A stretch of DNA of 64,000 bases from a cyanobacterium endosymbiont of Rhopalodia gibba (GTDB taxonomy: Bacteria > Cyanobacteriota > Cyanobacteriia > Cyanobacteriales > Microcystaceae), in NCBI GenBank assembly GCA_045159875.1, contig CP067995.1, positions 1,952,001 to 2,016,000 of the forward strand. Direction: 5' to 3'. The notes below the pieces were generated by a model. That model was not told where the DNA came from, ran no database searches, and saw only the letters and a list, made by a program, of their open reading frames with translations. Shown piece by piece: positions 46,441-57,377 of the stretch; positions within the stretch are counted from its first letter, which is position 1; every line of letters starts with the position of its first letter. Both the position numbers and the translations under genes were made by a program.

Positions 46441-47970
46441 ATGACTTCCACTTTTTTTATTAAACCCATGTCCATTAGAGTATTTAACTCTAATAGTTTA
46501 TCTGTGATAACATCGGTTGGGATTCATGCGTTGTTGTTGGGTCTGCTGTTTCCTAACTTAACTGACTTAAACCTCTTACAAAAGTCAGACTCTAATCAAC
46601 GTGACGTTGAAATAATCGAATTAACCTCTACTGAAATAGCACGTTTACCAGATCAATTGCCATTGTCGGATATACATGACTTTCCTAAGAATTTCCCAAC
46701 TGATATACCAGTCTTCGACTCCTTTTCTTTAAGCCCTTCGGCGTCCAACACTTTTAAGACTTTACCAGCCCCTCCTGCTTTACCCGCGTTACCAACTCTT
46801 CCTGCTTTACCCGCGTTACCAACTCTTCCTGCTTTACCCGCGTTACCAACTCTTCCGTCCCTAAATTATGCTCGTCCTTCTTTTCCTAGGCCACTTCCTA
46901 AACCACAGCAATCACTACCAGCTGCCTCTCCTCCAAATCTACCCTCAAGACTGCCTGTCCCCCCTCAGCCTACTTCTGAGCTGAACAACTCCCAATCTTC
47001 AACTTTTCGATTTCCGCCTATTTCTAAAAGACCAGATTTCGGTCTGTCGAAATCTCCAGTTGCCATCGATCAATTAATTAATCAAGGTAGAGGTGATCGT
47101 CCCCACACATCTACTTCGCAAAACCCCAGTTCCCGTAATGTTACGTCCCCTCAAGCAGCTTTCAATGCAGAACAAGCCCGGAAAGATAAACTGATCAGTA
47201 ATTTAGTACGTGAGACAATTGAAGTAGCGGATAATCTTCGTTACAACAAAAATAATACAACTAATGAAGATGCAAGGCGCAATGATGCCCAGTGGATGGC
47301 AAAAATAGGCAATTCTGTTACAAAGAAAGAGAATTGGCAAGCGTTAAGAGGAGATTATCCTAAAACGGCTTGTTTAAGACATTTAGAGGGAACAGCAATT
47401 TATGGTATCACCGTTAACCCTGAGGGTGATGTGGATAAAAACCCTTATCTCATTAAAAGTTCAGGTTATGGACTCTTGAACCAACAAGCTTTTAATCAAA
47501 TTAAGTCCACTAATTTTAGTACAGACGGTCAACTTCAACACTACCGGGTCAGGATATCTTTTAATTTTGATCCCAAAATTTGTCCTGCTGTCACCCAAAG
47601 TCCACAGAACCAACAAGACAAATTGATAACCCCAGAAACTCCAGCTGAACCAGCAAAATTGACTTCTGATAAAAAACCCGAACTGACGATTCAAGAAATG
47701 TCAACTCCAGAAACTCCAGTTGAACCAGCAAAACTGACTTCTGATAAAAAACCCGAACTGACGATTCGAGAAATGTCAACTCCAGAAACTTCAGTTGAAC
47801 CAGCAAAACTGACTTCTGATAAAAAACCCGAACCGACGATTCGAGAAATGTCAACTCCGGAGACTCCAGTTGAACCAGCAAAACTGACTTCTGATAAAAA
47901 ACCCGAACCGACTACTATTCCAAGCTTTAGTAAGAATGTTCCCCCTCTGCCTCCTAGTATTAAAAAATAG
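46441..47970 (+). CDS. TonB-like energy transducer with repeat-expanded Pro-rich regions
   Basis: N-terminal TM with SVGIH (SxxxH), Pro-rich linker, TonB_C-like YPKTAC..LEG..V..G..IKSSGYGLLNQQA. Confidence 0.8.
   Translation: MTSTFFIKPMSIRVFNSNSLSVITSVGIHALLLGLLFPNLTDLNLLQKSDSNQRDVEIIELTSTEIARLPDQLPLSDIHDFPKNFPTDIPVFDSFSLSPSASNTFKTLPAPPALPALPTLPALPALPTLPALPALPTLPSLNYARPSFPRPLPKPQQSLPAASPPNLPSRLPVPPQPTSELNNSQSSTFRFPPISKRPDFGLSKSPVAIDQLINQGRGDRPHTSTSQNPSSRNVTSPQAAFNAEQARKDKLISNLVRETIEVADNLRYNKNNTTNEDARRNDAQWMAKIGNSVTKKENWQALRGDYPKTACLRHLEGTAIYGITVNPEGDVDKNPYLIKSSGYGLLNQQAFNQIKSTNFSTDGQLQHYRVRISFNFDPKICPAVTQSPQNQQDKLITPETPAEPAKLTSDKKPELTIQEMSTPETPVEPAKLTSDKKPELTIREMSTPETSVEPAKLTSDKKPEPTIREMSTPETPVEPAKLTSDKKPEPTTIPSFSKNVPPLPPSIKK
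46774..46854 (+). repeat. 27-bp tandem repeat x3 (PALPALPTL)
   Basis: CCTGCTTTACCCGCGTTACCAACTCTT, three identical copies. Confidence 0.95.
47629..47913 (+). repeat. 75-bp tandem repeat x3.8 (TPETPVEPAKLTSDKKPELTIREMS)
   Basis: Units start at 47629, 47704, 47779 and 47854; few substitutions. Confidence 0.95.
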
Positions 47971-48140
47971 GTAACTCCAGTCAATTCAAGAAACTTTCGG
48001 CAGAACCTGTTCAATGATGTTTTAATAACCTATTAAGAATTTTAAAAGTTATTTAGCAATTGTCGTCCAAAACCTCTAGGCTAGAAAAACTTGACAAGGA
48101 TGTTAAATTTCAAGTAGTATAGTGTGCGGAAGTTATATTA

Positions 48141-48213
48141 GGGGCTATAACTCAGTTGGTAGAGTGTCACAATGGCATTGTGAAAGTCAGCGGTTCGAGT
48201 CCGCTTAGCTCCA
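48141..48213 (+). tRNA. tRNA-Ala(GGC)
   Basis: GGGGCTATAACTCAGTTGGTAGAGTGTCACAATGGCATTGTGAAAGTCAGCGGTTCGAGTCCGCTTAGCTCCA: cloverleaf, G3:U70, anticodon GGC; TTGACA (48091) and TAGTAT promoter-like boxes upstream. Confidence 0.96.
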
Positions 48214-48311
48214 TCTAGAAATAAGGAAGCAATTAAGGATAGATATATACTTTGTCGTTTATCTTTGCGATTTGTTCTTATTGGTTCTCGAAAGTTTCTT
48301 AGACCAAAGAA

Positions 48312-49436
48312 TTATGTCACTTTAGCTTGGGTTTGTTCTTGGAGAAACTTGATAATTGACGCTTTTTCTAATAACCCTAGTACAATGCCATTTTTTTGAA
48401 TAACAGTTAGTTGCTGACGAGGGTCATTTTCTAAAATCTTTACTACTTCTAACAAAGATTTATCTGCTTCGATTATGGTTATACCATCATTTATGGGCTG
48501 CATTATTTCTGAAATTTTTAGATCAGTCCATTGGGAAGTTGAAATTTTATTTAAGGCATTTAGTTCAAGAATTCCTGATAGTTTTCCTTTTTCATTAGTG
48601 GTTAAAAACTTCTTCCACTTCCTCTTACCAATTACATAATTATTAACAAATTTTCTTAGGCTAAAACTATCAGGAACTACAGGACTATAAGGAATTACTG
48701 CATCTTGGGCTGTATACCCACTTAAAGTTTCTTGAAACTTAGCAGATTGACCAGAAAATACTGCATTTTGTAAGAGAAAAAAACCAATTAATAATGTCCA
48801 GAAATTTCCAATAGGACTAATTCCTAAAATTGCTAAACCACTTGTAACAACGGCTAACCAACCGAAAATTTGTCCAACGCGACTAGCAAAAATAATCCCT
48901 TTATTTGGGTTCCCAGTGATTTTCCAAACTAATGCTTTAAGAATATTGCCACCATCTAAAGGTAGACCAGGAATTAAGTTAAATAATCCTAGAATTAAGT
49001 TAATTGAAGTAAGTAGTGAAATAATCGCTGTAATTGGTGCACCAAAGGAGAAATTAACTTGAATTAGGTTTAATACAGCAAAGATTGTTAAACTCACAGC
49101 AGGGCCCGCAATCGCTACCCAAAATGCTTCCAAGGGTGTCTCAGATTCTTTTTCTAAACTAGCTAACCCCCCAAACAAAAATAAGGTAATGGACTTAACA
49201 TTAATCCCTTGGGAAAGTGCAACAAAACTGTGTCCCAATTCATGAACGACCACAGAAGAAAATAGTAACAGTGCAGTTAAAAAACCTAAAATCCAAGGGA
49301 CAATCCCTACTAATTGGGGAAATAATGCCAACTGTCTCCCATAACTAACGGCAACTAACCCCAGAACTAAAAACCAAGAAGGATTCACATAAAAAGGAAT
49401 TCCGAATAAATTGCCAACCCTTATATTATTATTCAT
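48312..49436 (-). CDS. Site-2 protease (M50) with CBS domains
   Basis: HELGH, IAGPAVS, FNLIPGLPLDGG, C-terminal CBS pair. Confidence 0.92.
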   Translation of the reverse strand: MNNNIRVGNLFGIPFYVNPSWFLVLGLVAVSYGRQLALFPQLVGIVPWILGFLTALLLFSSVVVHELGHSFVALSQGINVKSITLFLFGGLASLEKESETPLEAFWVAIAGPAVSLTIFAVLNLIQVNFSFGAPITAIISLLTSINLILGLFNLIPGLPLDGGNILKALVWKITGNPNKGIIFASRVGQIFGWLAVVTSGLAILGISPIGNFWTLLIGFFLLQNAVFSGQSAKFQETLSGYTAQDAVIPYSPVVPDSFSLRKFVNNYVIGKRKWKKFLTTNEKGKLSGILELNALNKISTSQWTDLKISEIMQPINDGITIIEADKSLLEVVKILENDPRQQLTVIQKNGIVLGLLEKASIIKFLQEQTQAKVT

Positions 49437-49686
49437 GGGTCGAATCTCCTATTTAATTTGTGAAATCTGTTTTAACGACTTCACTCTTACCTAATCTCAT
49501 TGTAACGAGATGTAAAATTAACGAGACTTAAAAATAACAGTAAAACCCGTCTTACTGAGTTCGGTTATCTACAGCAATTATGAATTATGATTTATAAATC
49601 CACGGTTAACTCTAGTTTAGTCGATACAATGACGGTCTGTTCTCTATAGACAAAAAGACACTATCTATACATAAATTAAAATAACT

Positions 49687-50610
49687 ATGACAACTCTAAT
49701 TCAACGAGATATTCTAGGAATTGCTGATCTTAATGCTAATGAACTTAAGAATGTTCTAGAATTAGCAGCACATCTTAAAAATAGGAGATGGTCACCTATC
49801 TCTCAAAAGGTCCTAGGACTTTTATTTTATAAAGCTTCCACCCGTACCCGTGTTTCCTTTAGCGTGGCGATGTATCAGTTAGGGGGACAAGTTATAGATC
49901 TTAATCCTAGTGTTACCCAAGTGGGAAGAGGAGAACCCATTGCCGACACTGCTAGAGTTTTAGATCGCTATTTAGACATTTTAGCCGTTCGCACATATAA
50001 ACAAGAAGACTTAGAAACCTTTGCCAATTATGCGGAAATTCCTGTTATTAATGCCTTAACTGATTTGGAACATCCCTGTCAAACTTTAGCCGATTTGTTG
50101 ACAATTCAAGAGAATTTGAACACCTTATCCGGTATTACGGTTACTTATCTTGGGGATGGCAATAATGTTGCCCATTCTCTAATTTTAGGAGGAGCCTTAA
50201 TGGGAATGAAAGTCCATATTGCCACCCCTGATGGCTATCAACCAAATAGTCAGATTGTTGAAAAGGCTAAAGAATTAGCAGTAGAAGGATTTGAGATTAT
50301 GATAACCAATGACCCTATTGAAGCGGCTAAAGACTCTCAAGTACTTTATACTGATGTTTGGACGAGCATGGGACAAGAAGATTTAGCAGCTTCAAGAATT
50401 CCCTTATTTGAACCCTATCAAGTTAATGAAACCTTATTGAATTATGCCGATAAGGAAGTTATTGTTTTACACTGTTTACCCGCTCATCGCGGAGAAGAAA
50501 TTACTGATTCAGTTATTGAAGGAAAACATTCCCGGGTATGGGAGCAAGCAGAAAACAGAATGCATGTCCAGAAAGCATTAATAGTAAGTTTATTAGGAAT
50601 TAATAGTTAA
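49687..50610 (+). CDS. argF: Ornithine carbamoyltransferase
   Basis: STRTRVSF, HPCQ, GDGNNV, YTDVWTSMG, HCLPAHRG, QAENR. Confidence 0.97.
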   Translation: MTTLIQRDILGIADLNANELKNVLELAAHLKNRRWSPISQKVLGLLFYKASTRTRVSFSVAMYQLGGQVIDLNPSVTQVGRGEPIADTARVLDRYLDILAVRTYKQEDLETFANYAEIPVINALTDLEHPCQTLADLLTIQENLNTLSGITVTYLGDGNNVAHSLILGGALMGMKVHIATPDGYQPNSQIVEKAKELAVEGFEIMITNDPIEAAKDSQVLYTDVWTSMGQEDLAASRIPLFEPYQVNETLLNYADKEVIVLHCLPAHRGEEITDSVIEGKHSRVWEQAENRMHVQKALIVSLLGINS

Positions 50611-50950
50611 TGGTGAGGATAAACTTTTTGTCAATATGTAAATAAATTAGTTAAAGACAAAATTCCAGAAATCATTGAACAATCTGGAAATGTGCTTGAA
50701 ATGAGAACTTTATCTGAAGTGGAATACTTATAGTGCTTAAAAAACAAATTAATCGAAGAATCTTAAGAAGTTGTTTAAGCTAATTAAAACAATATTTTAC
50801 AGGAGTTAGGAGATTTATTTAAAGTTGTCGATAATATTTTAATTACGCATGACATTCCTCGTGAGAAAGTAATTAATAAACAGCAAAAACAAAAAAAAAG
50901 AACGAAGTAGTTCTAATCAATGTATTCAGTTAATTTTGACTAAAACTTAA
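50610..50950 (+). pseudogene. MazG-like nucleoside triphosphate pyrophosphohydrolase remnant
   Basis: NKLVKDKIPEIIEQSG..LSEVEYL*CLKNKLIEES*EV..QELGDLFKVVD with several in-frame stops. Confidence 0.8.
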
Positions 50951-50989
50951 TTCCAGGAATAGTAAAATATAAACAAGTGCTTCCCCAAT

Positions 50990-52050
50990 AACTACCACAG
51001 AAGAAAATTTATTAAAATCCCTCAGGATATACATACTTAATCACAAAGATTTCACCATAAGCAGCCTTCCTCAATATGCGAAATCTTCAAACAAGCTTTT
51101 AAAGCAACGAGGAGTTGCGGGTTATTGAGGTTGAATGTTCCTCGACAATGGAACAAAGGGAAGAGGTATTTTAACTGAACCTATCGTCGTTTTCAAATTT
51201 TAGTGGCTCAGTATTCTAGGATATTAGCTTTCTTCCAAACTCAACATCAGAATGCTGTCTCAAAGTTAATATTGAATCCTAGCATTCTCTTCATACAAAT
51301 CTATCTATCCTTTATTCTTGATGGCTATTGAAAAAACTTCAGTAAAAGTAGAATTTCCATAATTGCATTGCCAAGGAAAAGCTTTGATGTAAACTGTCCT
51401 AGTCAAAAAAGATATTGCTTAACGGGAGAAGTTTTTCATATTACAAGATGAAACATCTTTGAAGAGTTTATCATCGGTACAATCTTATCCACATCAGAAA
51501 ATCTTTATGGGATGATCTCTTTTAATACAGAAACGGGGTAAAGTTTTAGTCTTCCGATAGAATTAGCCGTGATGGGAATCGTCAATGCAGTAAAACCCTA
51601 ACAGACTGATTTTTACCTAGTGATTGTCTAGTCTCTTTGTATCTTCTGGAAACCGTTCAAAAAAAATGGAGGAGAATGTCCTTCAAGACAAATTTTTACC
51701 TGAGAAAACACTAAAGTATATTTAGATATCCTTAAACAAGTCGATCAAAGAAAAACTTTCCTTTTTTTGTTCCTAAGTCTTAGATTTTCTGACAGAAGAT
51801 GTAACTCATTGTACGAAGACAATCTTAGAATATTTGTCGTCTGATCGAGTTTTCCATCAAAAACGGTTACGGGGATAGGCGATTGATTTGACCCCAAAAT
51901 ACACTTAGACCGCGGTAACAGCCTCTGCTGGGGAAACAAATTTCTATACTATCCAGCTCCAGCATGTCTATTGAGAAGCGTTAATGTTTACAGTATCAGG
52001 ACAAATTATCCAAATTATGGAAAAACATTAAGTCAGTTGCATTCCCGAGA
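50990..52050 (+). pseudogene. Acyl-CoA dehydrogenase family remnant
   Basis: GLLRLNVPRQW..RRFQILVAQYSRILAFFQTQHQ..LTGEVFHIT..FEEFII..PIELAVM..RLRG*AIDL..TAVTASAG..VY*EALMFTVSGQ. Confidence 0.82.
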
Positions 52051-52070
52051 ATTTTGAAAATACAACTGAG

Positions 52071-52142
52071 AATTGTATAGTTTGGTGGTGGAATATCACT
52101 TTCCTCATCTAAATGTCATGGGGTCGAATTCCACCACCTGCT
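52071..52142 (+). pseudogene. Decayed tRNA, most likely tRNA-Gly(CCC)
   Basis: 72-nt ungapped tRNA layout: TAGTTTGGTGGTGGAA D-arm, loop TTCCTCA, AATGTC, ATGGG-GTCGAAT-TCCAC T-arm, CACCTGC-T 3' acceptor; 5' acceptor strand destroyed. Confidence 0.7.
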
Positions 52143-52868
52143 TTTTTATTTAGATATAATTTAACCACTTGTATACAGTAATTTATGATTAAAAACAGTT
52201 ACCGTATTTAGTCTTTGCTGTATTTTTTAGTTTTATCTATCTCTTTAGTTAAAATATTTTTTCTATTTCATATTTTTTTTAGGACATATATCAACTCTAA
52301 TTTTGACTTTTTTCTTCTTTATTTTTAGTTTTTTTAAAAATTATTGCTGTTTTTTTATGAAGTTCATCTTACTTTTTTCTCTTGTTTAAACAAGCCGAAT
52401 AATTGTTTGCTCTTATTGAGTTCTTGAATACTTCTTTGAGAGCTATTTAAAAAACTCTATATTTTTTCTTTCTAAGTTCTTTTTTTCCTTTCCACTTTTC
52501 GGATAATCCCACAATTACTATTTTCCTTGAGTAATGAATTTAGAAATTGTTTTTATTATTGTAATTTCTGAGAGATTTACCAATCTGCAATTTTTTGACT
52601 TTTCCTCATCTCGTGTCCGAACATAACGTCTCTACCTCTTATTTAAGAGTGGATTTTTAGATTGAAAGTAAACTTTAACAGCTCCTTACTTTTCGAATTC
52701 TGTTAGCTGAATTTCTAGGCAGTTTATCAGTTAGCTATTGTTTTTTATTTAAATATTTTTCTATTTTAGATTTATTGCCAGTTAAAGTATTTACTATTTT
52801 ATTTGAGTTAAACTGGACTTCTTATAAGAAAAATAATAAAAAGAGGGCAAAAGCCCCCGCTCAAAATG

Positions 52869-53066
52869 TTAGTAAGCCAAGGTTTCTAGAGTTTCTCGGA
52901 GATAACAGCGCACTTGTTGATCGAAAGGAGAGGAATCATGATCTTTGGTCTGGCGAGACTGCCACTGTTTAAAACCAGAACAATCAGCAATTGCCTGTTT
53001 TAAATGCTCCCAAATTTCATGATCTTGATCAGACTTACGATTACAGGAGATAGTTGAACTCAACAT
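52869..53066 (-). CDS. Conserved small cyanobacterial hypothetical protein
   Basis: WEHLKQAIADCSGFKQW...VRCYLRETLETLAY pattern. Confidence 0.75.
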   Translation of the reverse strand: MLSSTISCNRKSDQDHEIWEHLKQAIADCSGFKQWQSRQTKDHDSSPFDQQVRCYLRETLETLAY

Positions 53067-53189
53067 AAGAATCTCATCAAATGACTAACATTGTCTTTCT
53101 TTAAGCATAACTCAGGCAATTCGGAAGATTCTGAAGATTCTGATAACTTTGAGAAAAATTTTAGAGAAATATGAATTTTTGGGATAAGT

Positions 53190-53801
53190 TTATTTAGAAG
53201 AGGACGAAAATTCAGTCTTGATTGGGAGAATTTTTTGCACGCGAAGTCCGCAAACGGTAAAGTCTTGGAGAATTTTTTCGGTTGTGTAAGGCTGAGTGGT
53301 TAGCCATTGTTGTTGAGGAGTTAGGATAATCCCAATGACGGCGATAGGGATTTGAACAAACAAATTACTCAACAAAAAACCAATCGCCGCAATAAACAAT
53401 CCTAGTATTCGCCATTGAGGTAGTGTAGCGACCGTCACTGCTCCTAGGGGAGCGAGTAGATAAAGTTCCCATAGAATACCCAACATACCAAAGGCCGCGA
53501 TTACCGCCAAAATTCGGACGTTTCGAGTTTTCAATGACCTTAAAATTTTACGTTGTTCAACGGTCAAACTATTAGGATGAAGAGCAAGCAGTAACACACT
53601 AAAAATATCAAAGGGTCGAGTCAACTGCATCAAGAGAATTGGAACCACACCAAACACTCCAACGATAAAAAGTTCTAGCCAAAATAGAGGGAAGGGATCC
53701 CCTACTGCTAATCCTAACAAGACTAATTGTAAGCTTAAAGGAACAACAGCAATTCCGGCTAGATGAATCCATAAAAACGGTTCCGAACGAAAGTTATTCA
53801 T
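53190..53801 (-). CDS. Cyanobacterial low-complexity tail membrane protein family member
   Basis: FRSEPFLWIHLAG, LAVGDP, RPFDIFS, LSNLFVQIP; located downstream of infB; tail short here. Confidence 0.75.
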   Translation of the reverse strand: MNNFRSEPFLWIHLAGIAVVPLSLQLVLLGLAVGDPFPLFWLELFIVGVFGVVPILLMQLTRPFDIFSVLLLALHPNSLTVEQRKILRSLKTRNVRILAVIAAFGMLGILWELYLLAPLGAVTVATLPQWRILGLFIAAIGFLLSNLFVQIPIAVIGIILTPQQQWLTTQPYTTEKILQDFTVCGLRVQKILPIKTEFSSSSK

Positions 53802-53824
53802 AACACAAGAAGAACATAATTCAG

Positions 53825-53874
53825 AATAAAGAGTCCATAATGGCTAGTTTATCAGCCATTATGGACTCTTTATT
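53825..53874 (-). terminator. 21-bp perfect stem-loop directly after infB
   Basis: AATAAAGAGTCCATAATGGCT-N8-AGCCATTATGGACTCTTTATT. Confidence 0.8.
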
Positions 53875-53877
53875 GTC

Positions 53878-56800
53878 TTACCTTCCCGCTAAGGTACGAC
53901 GTTTCATTACCATTTCGTAAGCTTCAATGATATCCCCTGCTTGCCAATCACTGAACTTATCGATTCCGACACCACATTCATAACCGGCGTTAACCTCACG
54001 GGCAAGTTCTTTAACCCGTTTGAGGGAATCAAGATTTCCTTGATAGACTATACTGTCGCCGCGCCGTACTCTAACAAAGCGGTTTCGTACCACCTTACCA
54101 GACTGGACATAACAACCGGCCACTGCGCCTCGTCCCAGGGGAAAGACAGCCCTAACTTGGGCTTGTCCAAGAGGAGATTCCACTTCTTCAGGTTCGAGTA
54201 ACCCTTCCATAGCTCCTTGAACATCATCGAGGAGTTTGTAGATAATGTCGTATTCTCGAATATCCACCCCTTCGTGGTCAGCTGCCGCCCTAGAGCCACT
54301 GGCAAGAGTTGTATTAAAGCCGATTATCACTGCACCACTGGCAGCCGCCAAGTCTACATCGGTTTCGGTAATTTCCCCAGGAGCAGCCAGGAGAACTCTG
54401 ATTTGAACCTCATCTTGAGGTAATTGTTCTAGGGAGCCGACAATTGCCTCTAAAGACCCTTGAACATCAGCTTTGACAATAAGGTTGAGTTCTTTCAGTT
54501 CTCCTTCTTGAGCTTGAGCCGAAATGCTACTGAGGGTAACGCGACGAGAAGACGTTGCTTGTTGCAGACGGGTTTGACGTTGGTCAGCCGCTCCTTGTTC
54601 AGCCACGACGCGGGCTTCTTTTTCACTAGCATAGACATCAAATTCGTCTCCCGCCGAGGGAACGTTATTAAGTCCGAGAACCTCAACGGCAAATGAGGGA
54701 GAAGCGGCCTCGACTTTTTCTCCGCGATCGTCAATCATGGCACGGATTTTACCGAAGACTGAGCCAGCAACGATGGCATCTCCCACCCGTAGAGTTCCAT
54801 TTTGGATAAGAAGGGTGGCTACTGGTCCCCTAGCACGGTCAAGGTTAGCTTCGATGACTGTTCCTTTAGCGAGACGATTTGGGTTAGCGACCAATTCTTC
54901 TACTTCCGCTACCAGGATAATCATCTCTAGGAGAGTATCAAGGTTTTCTCCTTTAAGAGCACTGACGGGAACCATAATGGTTTCCCCTCCCCATTCTTCA
55001 GAAAGTAAACCCAATTCGGCTAATTCTTGTTTGATGCGCTCAGGGTTAGCTTCAGGTTTATCGACTTTATTGATAGCCACCAATAAAGGAACCTTTGCTG
55101 CTTTAGCGTGACTAATCGCTTCTCGTGTTTGGGGTTGAACCCCATCATCTGCAGCCACTACCAGGATCGCAATGTCTGTTACCTTAGTTCCGCGCGCTCG
55201 CATAGCGGTAAAGGCTTCGTGACCAGGGGTATCCAAGAAAACAATCTGTTCTGATTGTCCATTGTGTTTAATATCCACATGGTATGCCCCGATGTGTTGG
55301 GTAATTCCTCCAGCTTCTCCTTGAGCGACCTTCGTTTGACGGATGGAGTCGAGCAAGGTAGTTTTTCCGTGATCGACGTGCCCCATAATAGTGACTACTG
55401 GAGGGCGACGCTGAAGATTTTCCAAGTCATGTTCATCGAGCATTTCTGTATTTTTAGTCGCTGCAGCTTTTACTTCAGGGATTTTCACTTCCACCCCTAA
55501 TTCTTCTGTGACTAACTGAGCCGTTTCGAAATCCAGTGTCTGGGTAATATTGGCTGCTATTCCCTTAGAAAAAAGATTTTTAATAATTTCAGTTTCAGGA
55601 ATTTGTAGCCTATTGGCAAGTTCTCTAACTGTCAGATTACTGTCGAGAATAATCATTTCAGGACGTTGAATGACTTCTTGACGTTCGCGACGTTCTGTTT
55701 TCTGACGCGTTGTTGAGCCTCCACCGGTGTCGGGTTTGGGCATCGGTTTTTTAGGCTTGCTGACAGCAGCTGGTTTCGTCTGAGATTGAGGTTTAGGGGG
55801 ACGGGCCGTAGAGAGACTTGCAGTTAAAGGAATGGGATTGAGACCACTTCCTGACTCAAAATCTTCATCTTCTTCGTCAAGACGTTTAGTCCGACGTTTA
55901 GCTTTAGCCGCTCCTTTGTTTTTTATTTTAGACTCGCGTTCTTCTTCTTCTTCTTCCCATTTTTTTTGTTTTGAAGGACGCGCTGACGTGGGACGTTTTA
56001 AGGTGGGTTTCGGTTTTAGAGCCGTTTCAAGAACATCATCATCGACTACATCTGAATCATCAATTTCGTCTGATGTGGGTTTGACCGAAGGAGCAATTAA
56101 TTCAAGAATTTCCTCTTTTGGTTGCCTCGCAACTTGCGGTCGCTGGGAATCCAGTTTAGCTTTGACTCTAGTTATTTTTTTATTAGGAGCCGGAGTTTCA
56201 GCGGAAGCTGTTTTTGGAGTCGGCGTGGTCTCTAATGAGAGTTTCTTCTGTGCCTCAACTCTATCTGTTGGTTCAGGTTTAGGGGTAAGTTTCAAGCCTG
56301 ACTTCCCAGAAGGAGATTTCTTAGAAGATTGAACTAGAGGTTTAGATAGTTGGGGTGGATTGAGAAGAGTAGGAGTAGGTTCAAGTTCTTGGTTATCTTC
56401 AACTTGAGGAGTTATAAGTTTTTCGGAGGGTTTAGTTTTCTCAGTCAGTTTTGGCTTCTCGCTAGAAGTAACAACCGTTTCCTCTTTGTTTAATGTTTTT
56501 TGAGGCGATTTTTGGGACTTTGCGGGGGGTTGAGAAAATTGTGGTTTAGCAGGTGGCCGAGGGGGAGCCACTAAGGTTGGAGAAGAACCCTGAGATTGTC
56601 TTGAGGCTTGAGTAGAAGAACTCGTCTGGATTTGCTTATGATGAATAGCTAAGATTTGTTGTTTGCTTTTTTCCTTAGGAGATACTTGTTCTTTTTGGTC
56701 AGTTATCTGGCTAGCAACGTATTTACTTGCCATGCCCTTGATTCGTTCAGCCTGGGATTCACTAATCGTGCTACTGTGGCTCTTAACAGGAATGTTAAGC

Positions 56801-56886
56801 TGGGTGCAAATTTCTAGGATATCTTTATTTTCTAGGTTCAACTCTTTCGATAAATCGTAAATTCTAACTTTTTGTGCGTTGTTCAT
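53878..56886 (-). CDS. infB: Translation initiation factor IF-2
   Basis: [26 protein letters not shown]; long Pro/Lys/Ser-rich N-terminus. Confidence 0.98.
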   Translation of the reverse strand: MNNAQKVRIYDLSKELNLENKDILEICTQLNIPVKSHSSTISESQAERIKGMASKYVASQITDQKEQVSPKEKSKQQILAIHHKQIQTSSSTQASRQSQGSSPTLVAPPRPPAKPQFSQPPAKSQKSPQKTLNKEETVVTSSEKPKLTEKTKPSEKLITPQVEDNQELEPTPTLLNPPQLSKPLVQSSKKSPSGKSGLKLTPKPEPTDRVEAQKKLSLETTPTPKTASAETPAPNKKITRVKAKLDSQRPQVARQPKEEILELIAPSVKPTSDEIDDSDVVDDDVLETALKPKPTLKRPTSARPSKQKKWEEEEEERESKIKNKGAAKAKRRTKRLDEEDEDFESGSGLNPIPLTASLSTARPPKPQSQTKPAAVSKPKKPMPKPDTGGGSTTRQKTERRERQEVIQRPEMIILDSNLTVRELANRLQIPETEIIKNLFSKGIAANITQTLDFETAQLVTEELGVEVKIPEVKAAATKNTEMLDEHDLENLQRRPPVVTIMGHVDHGKTTLLDSIRQTKVAQGEAGGITQHIGAYHVDIKHNGQSEQIVFLDTPGHEAFTAMRARGTKVTDIAILVVAADDGVQPQTREAISHAKAAKVPLLVAINKVDKPEANPERIKQELAELGLLSEEWGGETIMVPVSALKGENLDTLLEMIILVAEVEELVANPNRLAKGTVIEANLDRARGPVATLLIQNGTLRVGDAIVAGSVFGKIRAMIDDRGEKVEAASPSFAVEVLGLNNVPSAGDEFDVYASEKEARVVAEQGAADQRQTRLQQATSSRRVTLSSISAQAQEGELKELNLIVKADVQGSLEAIVGSLEQLPQDEVQIRVLLAAPGEITETDVDLAAASGAVIIGFNTTLASGSRAAADHEGVDIREYDIIYKLLDDVQGAMEGLLEPEEVESPLGQAQVRAVFPLGRGAVAGCYVQSGKVVRNRFVRVRRGDSIVYQGNLDSLKRVKELAREVNAGYECGVGIDKFSDWQAGDIIEAYEMVMKRRTLAGR

Positions 56887-57068
56887 CCACTATCCCCCTG
56901 ACTAGGTTTGTGTTGGTTTAAAGACTTGGACCCTTGGCTTTTAAGCAACGGGCAAGTTCTCGGTTTGGTCAGTTCCATCTGACTGCAATCATGACTATCT
57001 TATAAAATGACCTTACTCCTATGCTAACGACCAAAGACATCAAGACGCATCCCTAAATAACCTAAATG

Positions 57069-57356
57069 TTAAAAATTGGGAGATTTAGCTGATACAGACT
57101 CGGTATCTAGTGTTTGCCAACGACTCCACAGGGCTTGATAAATACTATCAGGGACATTAGTCCTAAGCATTTTGCCCAAGCGGTTCTTTTTGCTGGCGTT
57201 GTACAAGCAATTCTCCTGAGGACAGATATAAGCAGATCTCCCCATCCCCTTATCTAATTGTACCTGTCGAGATGAATGAACTCGAACAATACGCCAAAAT
57301 GTCTGTTTTGGTGCTACCTTACGACAACTAACACAACGTCGATAGTTGGGCTGCAT
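57069..57356 (-). CDS. ylxR: YlxR (DUF448/RnpM) family protein
   Basis: RRCVSCR, GRSAYIC; between nusA and infB. Confidence 0.92.
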   Translation of the reverse strand: MQPNYRRCVSCRKVAPKQTFWRIVRVHSSRQVQLDKGMGRSAYICPQENCLYNASKKNRLGKMLRTNVPDSIYQALWSRWQTLDTESVSAKSPNF

Positions 57357-57377
57357 AACTAACGAAATGATTATTTA

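Noticed and set aside
47629..47913. CRISPR array
   Set aside because: Units are contiguous in-frame 75-bp tandem copies without unique spacers, inside a CDS; no cas genes in the window
52084..52138. GGTGGTGGAAT...ATTCCACCACC as an independent terminator or ncRNA
   Set aside because: Better explained as D-arm/T-arm complementarity within the decayed tRNA, though secondary use as a hairpin cannot be excluded
53941..56860. Multiple short ORFs overlapping infB (also those within murE, desA, ilvE, pmbA, ald, leuS, hhoA, tonB)
   Set aside because: Antisense or alternate-frame shadows of strong genes with no recognisable motifs
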